A stretch of DNA of 64,000 nt from Acidimicrobiales bacterium (GTDB lineage Bacteria; Actinomycetota; Acidimicrobiia; Acidimicrobiales; AC-9): contig JBPYEZ010000123.1 in the NCBI GenBank assembly GCA_051984395.1, forward strand, positions 3,227 through 67,226. The letters are read 5' to 3'. Shown here piece after piece: positions 49,856-58,997 of this stretch (position 1 is its first letter; every line of letters begins with the position of its first letter). The notes under the pieces were generated by a model, which was not told the origin of the DNA, ran no database searches, and saw only the letters and a program-made list of their open reading frames with translations. The position numbers and the translations under genes are program-made.

Positions 49856-50853
49856 GGCGCCCACCCCGTCTCCTGCACCGGAGCCCGGTCCCGTAGCGGC
49901 TCCCACCAGCCCCGGTTCGTCGCGTACCACGCCACCGTGTCGGCCAGGCCCTTCTCGAACGAGGTCAGCGGCTCCCAGCCCAGCCGGCTCCGGATCTTCG
50001 ACGAGTCGAGCAGGTACCGACGGTCGTGTCCAGGCCGGTCGGGCACGATCGTCTTGAGAGAGGACGGGCGGCCCAGGGCGGCCAGGATGTGGTCGGCCAG
50101 CTCCTCGATGCTGGCCTCCTGACCCGACCCCACGTGGTAGGTCTCGCCCACCTCGCCCCGCTCGAGCACGGCGTCGATGGCGAGGCAGTGGTCGTCGACG
50201 TGCAGCCACTCGCGTCGGTGGAGCGTCGAGGCGTACAGCGGCAGGGGGCGGCCCTCGATGGCGTTGGTGGCGAAGAGTGGGATGACCTTCTCGGGGAACT
50301 GGTAGGGACCGTAGTTGTTGCAGCAGTTGGTGATGGTGATGGGCAGCCCGTAGGTCTCGGCGTAGGCGCGCACGGCGTGGTCGCCACCCGCCTTCGATGC
50401 GTTGTACGGAGTGCGGGGTCGGTAGGGCGAGTGCTCGGTGAAGCGCTCGGGGCTGTCGAGGGCCAGGTCGCCGTAGACCTCGCAGGTGGACACGTGGTGG
50501 AACCGCCGCAGGCCGGTCCGCCGGCTCGCCTCGAGCAGGGCCTGGGTGCCGAGCACGTTGGTGCGAAAGAACCTGCTCGGATCGACCACGGCGAGGCTGT
50601 TGTGCGACTCGGCGGCGAAGTTGACGACGACCTCGATGCGGTGCTCGTCGAGCACCTGCTCGAGTCGGCCCTGGTCGCAGATGTCCCCGTGCAGGAAACA
50701 GATGCGCTCCTCCAGGTCGGCCAGGCTGGCCCGGTTTCCCGCGTACGTCAGCGCGTCGTAGACCACCACCCGGTCGTCGGGATGGCTCGCCACCCGGTGA
50801 CGGACGAAGTTCGATCCGATGAACCCGGCTCCGCCGGTGATCAGCACGGCCAT
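49852..50853 (-). CDS. rfbB: dTDP-glucose 4,6-dehydratase
   Basis: ATG at 50853. ITGGAGFIGSNF, STCEVYG, YNASKAG, NNYGPYQFPEK and DHRY are present. Confidence 0.94.
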   Translation of the reverse strand: MAVLITGGAGFIGSNFVRHRVASHPDDRVVVYDALTYAGNRASLADLEERICFLHGDICDQGRLEQVLDEHRIEVVVNFAAESHNSLAVVDPSRFFRTNVLGTQALLEASRRTGLRRFHHVSTCEVYGDLALDSPERFTEHSPYRPRTPYNASKAGGDHAVRAYAETYGLPITITNCCNNYGPYQFPEKVIPLFATNAIEGRPLPLYASTLHRREWLHVDDHCLAIDAVLERGEVGETYHVGSGQEASIEELADHILAALGRPSSLKTIVPDRPGHDRRYLLDSSKIRSRLGWEPLTSFEKGLADTVAWYATNRGWWEPLRDRAPVQETGWAP

Positions 50854-50928
50854 CGGACCGAACACTACGGCGCTCGCCCCTGGTTGGCCTGTTGCGCGCG
50901 GGCCGGGACGGCTCGACCCCACTCCGGG

Positions 50929-52419
50929 TCAGCAGGCGCGGGGATCCCAGGGCGGCAGGGCGGCCGGTGCCGGTGCGGGTGCCGGTGCGGGGGCCGGTGC
51001 TGCGGCCGCCGTCCCCGTGATGCCGGAGAACGAGGTCCCGGTGACCAGGGCCACGTCGGCGCCCTGGAGGGCCGGATCCTGCTGGATGCTGGCGCCACCG
51101 CCGACCCGACCCTGGAGGAGCTGGGCTGCCTGCTGCTTCCCGGGTGCGTACAGCACCTGGGAGGTCGTGGTGTGGGTGCCGGCGGCATTCCCCGTCCCGG
51201 CGACCACGAAGCCCGCCGACCTGAGCTCGGTGGCGGCGCGGGAGGCCTGCTCGGCCGCGCCCGAGCCGTTGAGCACCTGCACCTTCACGCTGGCCGGCGC
51301 CACGGGAGGCGGCGCCGGCGCGCTCGGGGCCGCCGGCTGCACCGGCTTGGGCGGGTTGAGGAACTGCTGGACGGTCTGCTGGCCCCCCGGCTGGTCGAGG
51401 CGCAGCACGTCCCCGAGCTTGGGGAGCACCTCGGGCGTCGTGGGCAGTGTGTAGGTGGGCAGGTTGTTCGGGCTCAGCGACCGGAACCGCATGGCGAGCC
51501 CCAGGATGTCGTTGGTCGACAGCTTGTTGTCGATGGTCACGTCGTGGACCGCGGAGCTGATGATCGAGTTGGCGGTGATCGGGTTGTGTATCCCGGCCGA
51601 GATGGACTTGGCCATGAGGATCCGGATGAAGGTGTGCTGACGGCGGATGCGGCTCAGGTCGCCGTTGCCGTCGTAGTGCCATGACCCGTCGGCGAAGTAC
51701 TGGTAGTCGCGGGAGCGGGCCATGGAGAGGGCCGCCGCCCCGTTCAGGTGCTGACAGCCCGCCTTGGTGATGTTCAGGCCCGAGAATGCGTCCTTGGCCG
51801 GGTCGGGGAAGTTCACGTCGATGCCGCCCACCGCGTTCACCAGGCCCTGGAAGCCGTCGAAGTTCATCGACACGAAGTGGTGGATGGGGATCCCGAGGTC
51901 GGCCTGGATCGTCTGGATCAGCTGCTGGGGACCGTTTCCGAAGCTCGAGTTGATGCGGTCCGTCCGGTTGGTGCCGGCGATGGGGACGAGCAGATCGCGG
52001 GGGATCGACAGCACCGACGCCTGATTGGAGCCGGCATCGATGTGCAGGACCATGGTGACGTCGCTGCGCTGACCGGCGGTGGCGGCGGAGCCCCCGAAGG
52101 CGCTGTTGGCGTTCGGGTCGGTCAGTCCCGAGCGAGAGTCGGAGCCGACGACGAGGATGTTGGTGGGCCCGTTGGTCGCCGGCGTCAGGCCGGGAATGTC
52201 GACCGAGTTGATCTCCCCCAGGCGGAGCTTCACGTAGAGGTACCCGAGAGCGGTCGCCAACACGATGGCGGCGACGGCGACGTTGCCGCCGATCAGTACG
52301 CGTCGTGGCCACCGGCGCGCACCAATGTGTCGAGGCCGGGTGGCCGGGCGCTCGGGAGCGACCGTGTCGCCTCGGGTGGCCACAGCGAAAATTAGGGTAC
52401 CAGCGGCCAGACCGGGCAT
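50929..52419 (-). CDS. LCP (LytR-CpsA-Psr) family glycopolymer ligase, second copy
   Basis: There is a TM helix. NILVVGSDSR, SDVTMVLHID...VLSIPRD and SRIRRQHTFIR are present, followed by LytR_C (VKVQVLNGSGAAEQASRAATELRSAGF) and an (AP)n tail. Confidence 0.9.
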   Translation of the reverse strand: MPGLAAGTLIFAVATRGDTVAPERPATRPRHIGARRWPRRVLIGGNVAVAAIVLATALGYLYVKLRLGEINSVDIPGLTPATNGPTNILVVGSDSRSGLTDPNANSAFGGSAATAGQRSDVTMVLHIDAGSNQASVLSIPRDLLVPIAGTNRTDRINSSFGNGPQQLIQTIQADLGIPIHHFVSMNFDGFQGLVNAVGGIDVNFPDPAKDAFSGLNITKAGCQHLNGAAALSMARSRDYQYFADGSWHYDGNGDLSRIRRQHTFIRILMAKSISAGIHNPITANSIISSAVHDVTIDNKLSTNDILGLAMRFRSLSPNNLPTYTLPTTPEVLPKLGDVLRLDQPGGQQTVQQFLNPPKPVQPAAPSAPAPPPVAPASVKVQVLNGSGAAEQASRAATELRSAGFVVAGTGNAAGTHTTTSQVLYAPGKQQAAQLLQGRVGGGASIQQDPALQGADVALVTGTSFSGITGTAAAAPAPAPAPAPAPAALPPWDPRAC

Positions 52420-52477
52420 TAGCGCGGGTCGTCGCCAGCAACGAACGACTACCTGGTCGCGGTGGTCGACGGCCTCG

Positions 52478-53683
52478 TCAGGCCACGGGCAACCCCAGGC
52501 TGCGCCCGATCACCAGGCGTTGGACCTCGCTCGTGCCCTCGCCGATCTCCAGGATCTTGGCGTCGCGGTAGTAGCGGGCAACCGGCGACTCGTCGAGAAA
52601 GCCGGCTCCTCCGAAGATCTGGGTGGCCTCCCTGGTGGCGGCGACCGCAGCCTCGGTGGCATAGAGCTTGGCCATGGCGGCCGCCTGCTTGACCGGGCGG
52701 CCCTGGTCCTTGAGCCAGGCTGCCTTGTAGGTGAGCGTGCGGGCGCACTCGACCGCCACCGCCATGTCGGCCAGCTTGAAGGCGATGGCCTGATGGCGTC
52801 CGATGGGGCCGCCGAACGACTGGCGACTGCTGGCGTGGGCGAGCGACTGCTCGAGGCAGGCCTGGGCCAGGCCGACGGCCAGGGCGGCGATAGCGATGCG
52901 CCCGCCGTCGAGGATGGCCAGGAACTGGGCCAGGCCCTGGCCCTGCCCACCGAGCAGGTGGTCCGACGGCACCCGGCAGCCGTCCAGGACCAGGCCGTGG
53001 GTATCGGACGCGTGCCAGCCCCTCTTGCGGTAGGGCGGCTCGACCACCAGTCCCGGCGTCCCCGCAGGCACCACGATGGCGCTGATCCCCTGGCGCTCCG
53101 GGCCTGCGTCGGCCTCGGGCGGACCCCCGGTGCCAGCCGGCGGCGCCGTCGGCTCGGTCCGGGCGGTGACGGTGATCAACGAGGTGATCGGGGTCCCGGA
53201 GTTGGTGATGAAGGCCTTCGTGCCGTCGATGACCCACTCTCGACGGGAGGTGTCGAAGCGCCCTCTGGTGCGGGTGGCACCGGCGTCGCTGCCCGCGTCC
53301 GGCTCGGTCAGCCCGAAAGCGGCCAGGGCCTGGCCCGCGCACAGCGGCGGCAACCACCGGCGGCGCTGCTCGTCGGTCCCGAAGGAGAAGATCGGGTTGG
53401 CCCCCAGGCCGACCCCGGCCGAGAGCGTGATGGCCATCGACGAGTCGACCCGGCCGAGCTCCTCTACGGCCACGCAGAAGGTGGTGAAGTCGGCTCCCGA
53501 TCCGCCGTACTCGACCGGGAACGGCAGCCCGAACAGCCCCAGCTCCCCCATGGCCAGCACGGTCTCGACGGGAAAATGGTGGGTGCGGTCCCACTCCTCG
53601 GCGTGGGGGGCGATCTCGCCCTCGGCGAAGTCCCGGACGACCTTGCGGAACGCCTGCTGCTCCTCGGAGAGCTCGAAGTCCAT
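52478..53683 (-). CDS. Acyl-CoA dehydrogenase (canonical, catalytic YEG)
   Basis: ATG at 53683. MDFELSEEQQAFR, FGLTEPDAGSD and IYEGTSEVQRLVIGR are present. Confidence 0.92.
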   Translation of the reverse strand: MDFELSEEQQAFRKVVRDFAEGEIAPHAEEWDRTHHFPVETVLAMGELGLFGLPFPVEYGGSGADFTTFCVAVEELGRVDSSMAITLSAGVGLGANPIFSFGTDEQRRRWLPPLCAGQALAAFGLTEPDAGSDAGATRTRGRFDTSRREWVIDGTKAFITNSGTPITSLITVTARTEPTAPPAGTGGPPEADAGPERQGISAIVVPAGTPGLVVEPPYRKRGWHASDTHGLVLDGCRVPSDHLLGGQGQGLAQFLAILDGGRIAIAALAVGLAQACLEQSLAHASSRQSFGGPIGRHQAIAFKLADMAVAVECARTLTYKAAWLKDQGRPVKQAAAMAKLYATEAAVAATREATQIFGGAGFLDESPVARYYRDAKILEIGEGTSEVQRLVIGRSLGLPVA

Positions 53684-53690
53684 CGCTCCG

Positions 53691-54482
53691 TCAGCGTAGG
53701 TGAACGACGTCGCCAGCCGTGACGGTCCGCAGGCACACACCGACGTCGAGGAGCAGGTGTCCCTCGTCGGTCACATCGGCCACCGTCCCGGTGACCGTCT
53801 CGTCCGCCAGCTCGACACGCACGGCGCGGCCGACGCTGGTGCACCGCCGCCGGTACTCCGCGGCCTGGCCCAGCTGCCCACTCCGCTCGGCCAGGGCCCG
53901 GTACCGGTCCTCCAGGTTGGTGAGCAGGGCCACCAGCAGCTGGACGCGGTCCACCTCGTGGCCGGCCAGGTGGTCCAGTGCGACCGCCTCGTCCGCCAGC
54001 TCCGAGTCGTCCATTCGCTCCCCCCAGTTGACGTTCAGCCCGAGGCCAACCACCACGGCCCGGGCCCGGGGACCCTCGAGGTGCGTCTCGGCCAGGATGC
54101 CCCCGAGCTTCCGGGGTCCGACGACGAGGTCGTTGGGCCACTTGAGACCGGCCTCCACGCCCGCCTCCGCCTGACAGGCGTCGGCGGCGGCGAGCGCCAT
54201 GATGGCGGTGAGCAGGTGCAGGCGCTCGAGCGGCAGCTCGGGTCGCAGCAGCACCGAGACGAGCAGGGAGGAGCCGGGCGGCGCCACCCAGACCCGACCC
54301 AGACGGCCCCGTCCCGAGTCCTGGTGGTCCGCCACGACGACCGTCCCTTCCGGGGCGTCGGCCCGGGCCATCTCGAGCAGATGGCGGTTGGTCGAGCCGG
54401 TGGAGGGTAACCAACGGACATCGACGAACCGGGTGGTGGCCAGCTGTGATCTGGCGCCACCGTCGAGCATCGCACTAACCAT
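53691..54482 (-). CDS. birA: Biotin-[acetyl-CoA-carboxylase] ligase (class I, no DNA-binding domain)
   Basis: HQDSGRGRLGRVW and LKWPNDL...KLGGILAE are present. Confidence 0.9.
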   Translation of the reverse strand: MVSAMLDGGARSQLATTRFVDVRWLPSTGSTNRHLLEMARADAPEGTVVVADHQDSGRGRLGRVWVAPPGSSLLVSVLLRPELPLERLHLLTAIMALAAADACQAEAGVEAGLKWPNDLVVGPRKLGGILAETHLEGPRARAVVVGLGLNVNWGERMDDSELADEAVALDHLAGHEVDRVQLLVALLTNLEDRYRALAERSGQLGQAAEYRRRCTSVGRAVRVELADETVTGTVADVTDEGHLLLDVGVCLRTVTAGDVVHLR

Positions 54483-54508
54483 AGGTTGATGGCGTCGAAA
54501 GGTTTCCC

Positions 54509-56374
54509 GTGCTCACCAAGGTCCTGATCGCCAACCGCGGCGAGATCGCCGTCCGGGTCATCCGCACCTGTCGGGAGGTCGGCATCGCCACGGTCGCGGT
54601 GTACTCGGAGCTCGACCGCGAGGCGTTGCATGTCCGACTGGCGGACGAAGCCCATGCCCTGGGCGGCAAGACCGCCGCCGAGAGCTACCTCAACACCGAC
54701 GCCATTCTCGAGGCAGTGGCCAACAGCGGGGCCGACGGGGTGCATCCGGGCTACGGCTTCTTCTCGGAGAACGCCGACTTCGCCCGGGCGATCCAGGACC
54801 AGGGCGTGACGTTCATCGGACCTCCGCCGGCGGCCATCGAGATCATGGGCGACAAGATCAGCTCCCGGCGGGCGGCCGAGCAGGCCGGCGTCGCCGGTGT
54901 CCCCGGTCGCTCCAACCCGGTGACCGACCTCGACGAGATCGTCGACTTCGGCGAAGAGGTGGGCTGGCCGGTGGCCATCAAGGCCGCCTTCGGCGGCGGC
55001 GGACGCGGCATGAAGGTCGTCGAGCGGGCTGAGGACGCCCGGGATGCCATGGAGTCGGCCCAGCGGGAGGCCCAGGCGTACTTCGGACGGCCGGAGATCT
55101 ACCTCGAGCGCTACCTGAGCTGGCCCCGTCACGTGGAGATGCAGATCATCGCCGATGCTGGGGGCGAGACCGTGTGGCTCGGCGAGCGGGACTGCTCGTG
55201 CCAGCGGCGGCATCAGAAGCTGATCGAGGAGAGCCCGGCGCCGGACTTCCCCGACTTCATCCGCCAGGAGATGGGCGAAGCAGCGGTCAAGGTGGCACTG
55301 GCGTGCGGCTACGTGAACGCCGGCACGGTCGAGTTTCTCTACCAGGACCGGGAGTTCTACTTCCTCGAGATGAACACCCGTCTCCAGGTCGAGCACCCCG
55401 TCACCGAGATGGTGACCGGCGTCGACCTCGTCGCCCTCCAGCTGCAAGTCGCCGCCGGCGAGCCACTCGGGTTCAGCCAGCAGCAGGTGCAGCGCCGCGG
55501 TCACTCCATCGAATGCCGCATCAACGCCGAGGACCCCGCCCAGGGGCGCTTCCTGCCCGCGCCGGGCACCATCACCCGGCTGCACACGGCCGACGGACCC
55601 GGCGTCCGGACCGATGCCGGCTACGCCGACGGCGACACGGTGAGCCAGTACTACGACAACCTCGTCGCCAAGGTCGTGACCTGGGGCCCCGATCGCGGTG
55701 CCGCTCGGCGCCGGATGATCCGGGCCCTCGAGGAGACCGAGATCGAGGGTGTGGCAACGAACATCCCCGCCCACCTTGCGATCCTCACCCACCCCGACTT
55801 CGCCGCGTCCCGACACTCGACCCGCTGGGTGGAGGAGCGCCTCGACCTCTCACACGTGGCGTCGCCCCGGCCGGCGCCGCCCCAGCCGGTCGCGCCCACC
55901 CCGGCGGCCGGCGGCACCGCGCCCGAGGCTGGCGTGGCCGCGGCTGCCGCGACCAGCCAGACGCCGACCCAGAACGGGGAGGGCCGGGTGCTGCGGGAGG
56001 TGGAGGCCGAGGTCAACGGTCGCCGGTACGAGGTGAAGCTGTGGGTCCCGGAGCTGGCCGGGGCGTCGTCGACCGGGTCGCCCACTGGCGGCACCCTGAG
56101 CCGGGCCGCGCGGGCGACACCCGCGCGCAAGCCACCCCCTGGGGCGACAGGCGGGGCCGGGACGGGGACCATCACCGTGCCCATGCAGGGCACGATCGTC
56201 AAGGTCCTGGTGAAGGAGGGCGACGAGGTCGACGTCGGGCAGGCGGTGTGCGTGCTCGAGGCCATGAAGATGGAGAACAACATCAACGCCGACCGGGCCG
56301 GGAGGGTGACCGAGATCAGAGTGGCCTCCGGCGATGCCGTCGGTCCCGGCGACGTGATCGCCGTGATCGAATAG
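54509..56374 (+). CDS. Acetyl/propionyl-CoA carboxylase alpha subunit (biotin carboxylase + BCCP)
   Basis: KVLIANRGEIAVRVIR, the ATP-grasp region, and the C-terminal biotinylation motif EAMKMEN are present. Confidence 0.94.
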   Translation: MLTKVLIANRGEIAVRVIRTCREVGIATVAVYSELDREALHVRLADEAHALGGKTAAESYLNTDAILEAVANSGADGVHPGYGFFSENADFARAIQDQGVTFIGPPPAAIEIMGDKISSRRAAEQAGVAGVPGRSNPVTDLDEIVDFGEEVGWPVAIKAAFGGGGRGMKVVERAEDARDAMESAQREAQAYFGRPEIYLERYLSWPRHVEMQIIADAGGETVWLGERDCSCQRRHQKLIEESPAPDFPDFIRQEMGEAAVKVALACGYVNAGTVEFLYQDREFYFLEMNTRLQVEHPVTEMVTGVDLVALQLQVAAGEPLGFSQQQVQRRGHSIECRINAEDPAQGRFLPAPGTITRLHTADGPGVRTDAGYADGDTVSQYYDNLVAKVVTWGPDRGAARRRMIRALEETEIEGVATNIPAHLAILTHPDFAASRHSTRWVEERLDLSHVASPRPAPPQPVAPTPAAGGTAPEAGVAAAAATSQTPTQNGEGRVLREVEAEVNGRRYEVKLWVPELAGASSTGSPTGGTLSRAARATPARKPPPGATGGAGTGTITVPMQGTIVKVLVKEGDEVDVGQAVCVLEAMKMENNINADRAGRVTEIRVASGDAVGPGDVIAVIE

Positions 56375-56395
56375 CGGCAACGAATAGCGGCAACG
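56368..56395. repeat. Perfect 13-bp tandem duplication spanning the carboxylase stop codon
   Basis: cgaatagcggcaa occurs twice (56368-56380 and 56381-56393) and is followed by cg. It includes the TAG at 56372-56374. Confidence 0.85.
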
Positions 56396-56413
56396 GAGCG
56401 AAAGGGGGCCGCT

Positions 56414-57595
56414 ATGCCGGCCAGGGGGGACCAGGCGAGGTCGGATCGAAAGGGCGCCGCCCAGCATCAGCTCGACGCCCACCTCACGGACCTGGTCGAG
56501 CTCAGTCACACCATCCACGAGCATCCCGAGCTGGCGTTCGAGGAGGAGCGGGCGGCGGCCTGGGTGGGCGAGTCGCTCACCACCGCCGGGTTCGACGTCG
56601 AGCGCGGTGTCTGTGACCTACCCACAGCCCTGATCGCCACCGCCGGCCGAGGACCGCTGGTCGTGGCCGTGTGCGCCGAGTACGACGCGCTTCCCGGCAT
56701 CGGCCACGCCTGCGGGCACAACGTGATCGCCGCCTCGGCGGTCGGGGCAGGGCTCGCTCTGGCGTCGATGGCCGACGACCTCGGGATCACGCTCAAGGTG
56801 ATCGGCACGCCGGCCGAGGAGGGCGGCGGGGGCAAGATCTACATGCTCGAGCGCGGCGCCTTCGCCGGGGTCGACGCGGCGATGATGGTTCACCCCGGTC
56901 CGGCGGAGCTCATCCAGATGCCGTGCTTGGCCGTGTCGCACTTCGACGTCCACTACACGGGACGGGATGCGCACGCCTCGGCGTTCCCCGAAGCGGGCCT
57001 CAACGCCGCCGACGCCCTGACCGTGGCCCAGGTGGGCATCGGGCTGCTGCGCCAGCAGTTCCGGAGCCACGACCAGGTCCAGGGCATCGTGACCAAGGGC
57101 GGCGACGCTCCCAACGTCATCCCTGCACACACCTCGGCCAAGTACTACGTACGCGCCGCCACGCTCGAGGCCCTGGAATCGCACGAGGCCAAGGTGCGCC
57201 GCTGTTTCGAGGCTGGTGCCCTAGCCACGGGGACCGACGTCGAGTTCGTCCAGCGGAGCCCGCGCTACTCCGAGTTCGTGCCCCACGCCGGCATGCAGGC
57301 GAGCTACCGCGCCAACGCCGAGGCCCTCGGGCGCAGGTTCCCCGAGGTGCCCAAGCAGGTCATGATGGCCTCGACCGACATGGCCAACGTGTCGCTGGCA
57401 GTGCCGTCCATCCACCCGATGCTCGACATCGACTCCCTGCCTGCGGTGAACCACCAGCCCGAGTTCGCCGCCGCCGCCATCACGCCGACCGCCGACCAGG
57501 CGCTGCGGGACGGCGCGCTCGCCATGGCCTGGACCATCGTGGACCTGGCCACCGACGACTCACTGCGAGCCGAGCTCGCCGGCAGCGCCGCCTGA
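56414..57595 (+). CDS. M20-family amidohydrolase/peptidase (AbgB/hippurate-hydrolase-like)
   Basis: IHEHPELAFEE, EYDALPGIGHACGHN and GTPAEEGGGGK are present. Confidence 0.9.
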   Translation: MPARGDQARSDRKGAAQHQLDAHLTDLVELSHTIHEHPELAFEEERAAAWVGESLTTAGFDVERGVCDLPTALIATAGRGPLVVAVCAEYDALPGIGHACGHNVIAASAVGAGLALASMADDLGITLKVIGTPAEEGGGGKIYMLERGAFAGVDAAMMVHPGPAELIQMPCLAVSHFDVHYTGRDAHASAFPEAGLNAADALTVAQVGIGLLRQQFRSHDQVQGIVTKGGDAPNVIPAHTSAKYYVRAATLEALESHEAKVRRCFEAGALATGTDVEFVQRSPRYSEFVPHAGMQASYRANAEALGRRFPEVPKQVMMASTDMANVSLAVPSIHPMLDIDSLPAVNHQPEFAAAAITPTADQALRDGALAMAWTIVDLATDDSLRAELAGSAA

Positions 57596-57605
57596 TCCCT
57601 GGGAG

Positions 57606-58973
57606 CTACTCGGCCGCCTCGGCCAGAGCCTCGGCCAGGGCGGGGTGCACCAGGAGGCTCTCGCCGATGTCGGCGACCCGCAGGTGCGCGGTGACGGCCA
57701 CGGCGATCACCGAGATCAGCTCGGCCGCCCGCTCCCCCACGATCGATCCACCCAGGACCACGCCCGTGGCCGGATCGGAGAGGATCTTCACGAACCCCCT
57801 CGCATCGCCGTCGATCAGGGCCCGGGCGTTGGCCGCGAAGGGGACCTTGGTCACCCTGATCTTGCGTCCGAGGGCGAAGGCCTCCGCCTCGGCCAGGCCC
57901 ACGTCGGCGATCTCGGGCTCGGTGAAGATGGCGCTGGCCGCCTTGTCGTAGTCCAGGTGGCGGTGCTGGCGGGTGTGGAGGCCCATCACGTGCTCGGCCA
58001 CCTTGCGCCCCTGGGTTGACGCGACAGACGCCAGGGGGAGCTTGCCCGAGAGGTCGCCGGCCGCGTAGATGTGGCCCACGTTCGACTGGCAGTGCTGGTT
58101 CACCGGGACGTAGCCGCCCCCGTCGACTTCGACGCCTGCAGCGTCGAGTCCCAGGCCCTCGGAGTTGGGCACCGGCCCGATGGCCAACAGCGCGTGCGAT
58201 CCGTCGACCATGCGGCCGTCGTTGCACTCGACCACCACGCCGGCGTCCTTCACGCTCACGCCCGTCGCGCGCGCCCCCTTGTAGAGCACGACGCCGGTGC
58301 TCAGGAAGTCCGCCTCCAGGGCGGCGGCGACCTCGGGGTCCTTGCCGGGGAGCACCTGCTGGCGGCTCACGATGAGGCTGACCTTGGAGCCGAAGGACCG
58401 GAACATGTGGACGAACTCGACGCCGGTCACCCCCGAGCCGATCACGACCAGATGCTCCGGCACCTCGGGAGGCGGGTAGGCCTGGCGCGTGATCAAGATC
58501 CGCCGACCGTCCACCTCGGCCCAGTCCGGCACCCGTGGTCGGCTGCCCGTGGACAGCAGCACGGCGTCCGCGTCCAGCTCCAGGATCCGGCCGTCGGACG
58601 TCTCGGCCACGACGTCGTGGGGCCCCTTGAGGCTGGCGCGGCCGCGTACGACGTGCACGTCCTGACTGGTGAGGAGGTCGGTCACCGATCGCTCCAGGTA
58701 GCCGCTGATGACCCCGATTCGATCGGCCAGGGCGGGGATGTCGAGCGTGGCGCTGGTGCAGGTGAGCCCCAGGGCGTGGCCTCGCCTGGTCACGCCGATC
58801 ACCCCGCCGGTGGCGATCATGGCCTTCGACGGGATGCAGTCCCACGGGTTGGCCGAGCCACCCATGACGTCGCGCTCGACCAGCGTCACCTCGGCCCCGA
58901 GACGGGCGGCATGGGTGGCGGCCTGGATGCCCGCCGGGCCTCCCCCGATGATCACGAAACGCACCGGCACCAC
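57606..58973 (-). CDS. Pyridine nucleotide-disulfide oxidoreductase, LpdA(Rv3303c)-like NAD(P)H-quinone reductase
   Basis: IIGGGPAGI is present. The disulfide loop reads GGSANPWDCIPSK, with only one Cys where lipoamide dehydrogenases have C....C. Confidence 0.9.
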   Translation of the reverse strand: MVPVRFVIIGGGPAGIQAATHAARLGAEVTLVERDVMGGSANPWDCIPSKAMIATGGVIGVTRRGHALGLTCTSATLDIPALADRIGVISGYLERSVTDLLTSQDVHVVRGRASLKGPHDVVAETSDGRILELDADAVLLSTGSRPRVPDWAEVDGRRILITRQAYPPPEVPEHLVVIGSGVTGVEFVHMFRSFGSKVSLIVSRQQVLPGKDPEVAAALEADFLSTGVVLYKGARATGVSVKDAGVVVECNDGRMVDGSHALLAIGPVPNSEGLGLDAAGVEVDGGGYVPVNQHCQSNVGHIYAAGDLSGKLPLASVASTQGRKVAEHVMGLHTRQHRHLDYDKAASAIFTEPEIADVGLAEAEAFALGRKIRVTKVPFAANARALIDGDARGFVKILSDPATGVVLGGSIVGERAAELISVIAVAVTAHLRVADIGESLLVHPALAEALAEAAE

Positions 58974-58997
58974 CCCACGGTATCGGTCGTGGCGGTC

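Noticed and set aside
50955-51005. GCCGGTGC/GGGTGC hexanucleotide repeats encoding (AP)n in the second LCP gene, considered as a phase-variable simple sequence repeat
   Set aside because: The units are imperfect and in frame (multiples of 6 nt). They encode an ordinary Ala-Pro linker, so copy-number change would only alter linker length and would not switch expression.
48995-52441. Very long track ORFs that run through several genes. Examples are 48995-52441 (1148 aa), 15548-17779 (743 aa), 11910-14090 (726 aa), 18776-20509 (577 aa), 18923-20806 (627 aa) and 2982-4217 (411 aa).
   Set aside because: In each case only the 3' portion shows family motifs (RmlD, quinone oxidoreductase, LivM, SDR, CoA-transferase and STAS-like respectively). 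The upstream portion is Arg/Pro/Gly-rich read-through of a neighbouring gene's alternative frame. I trimmed the starts to the first start codon compatible with the domain and with the upstream gene's stop.
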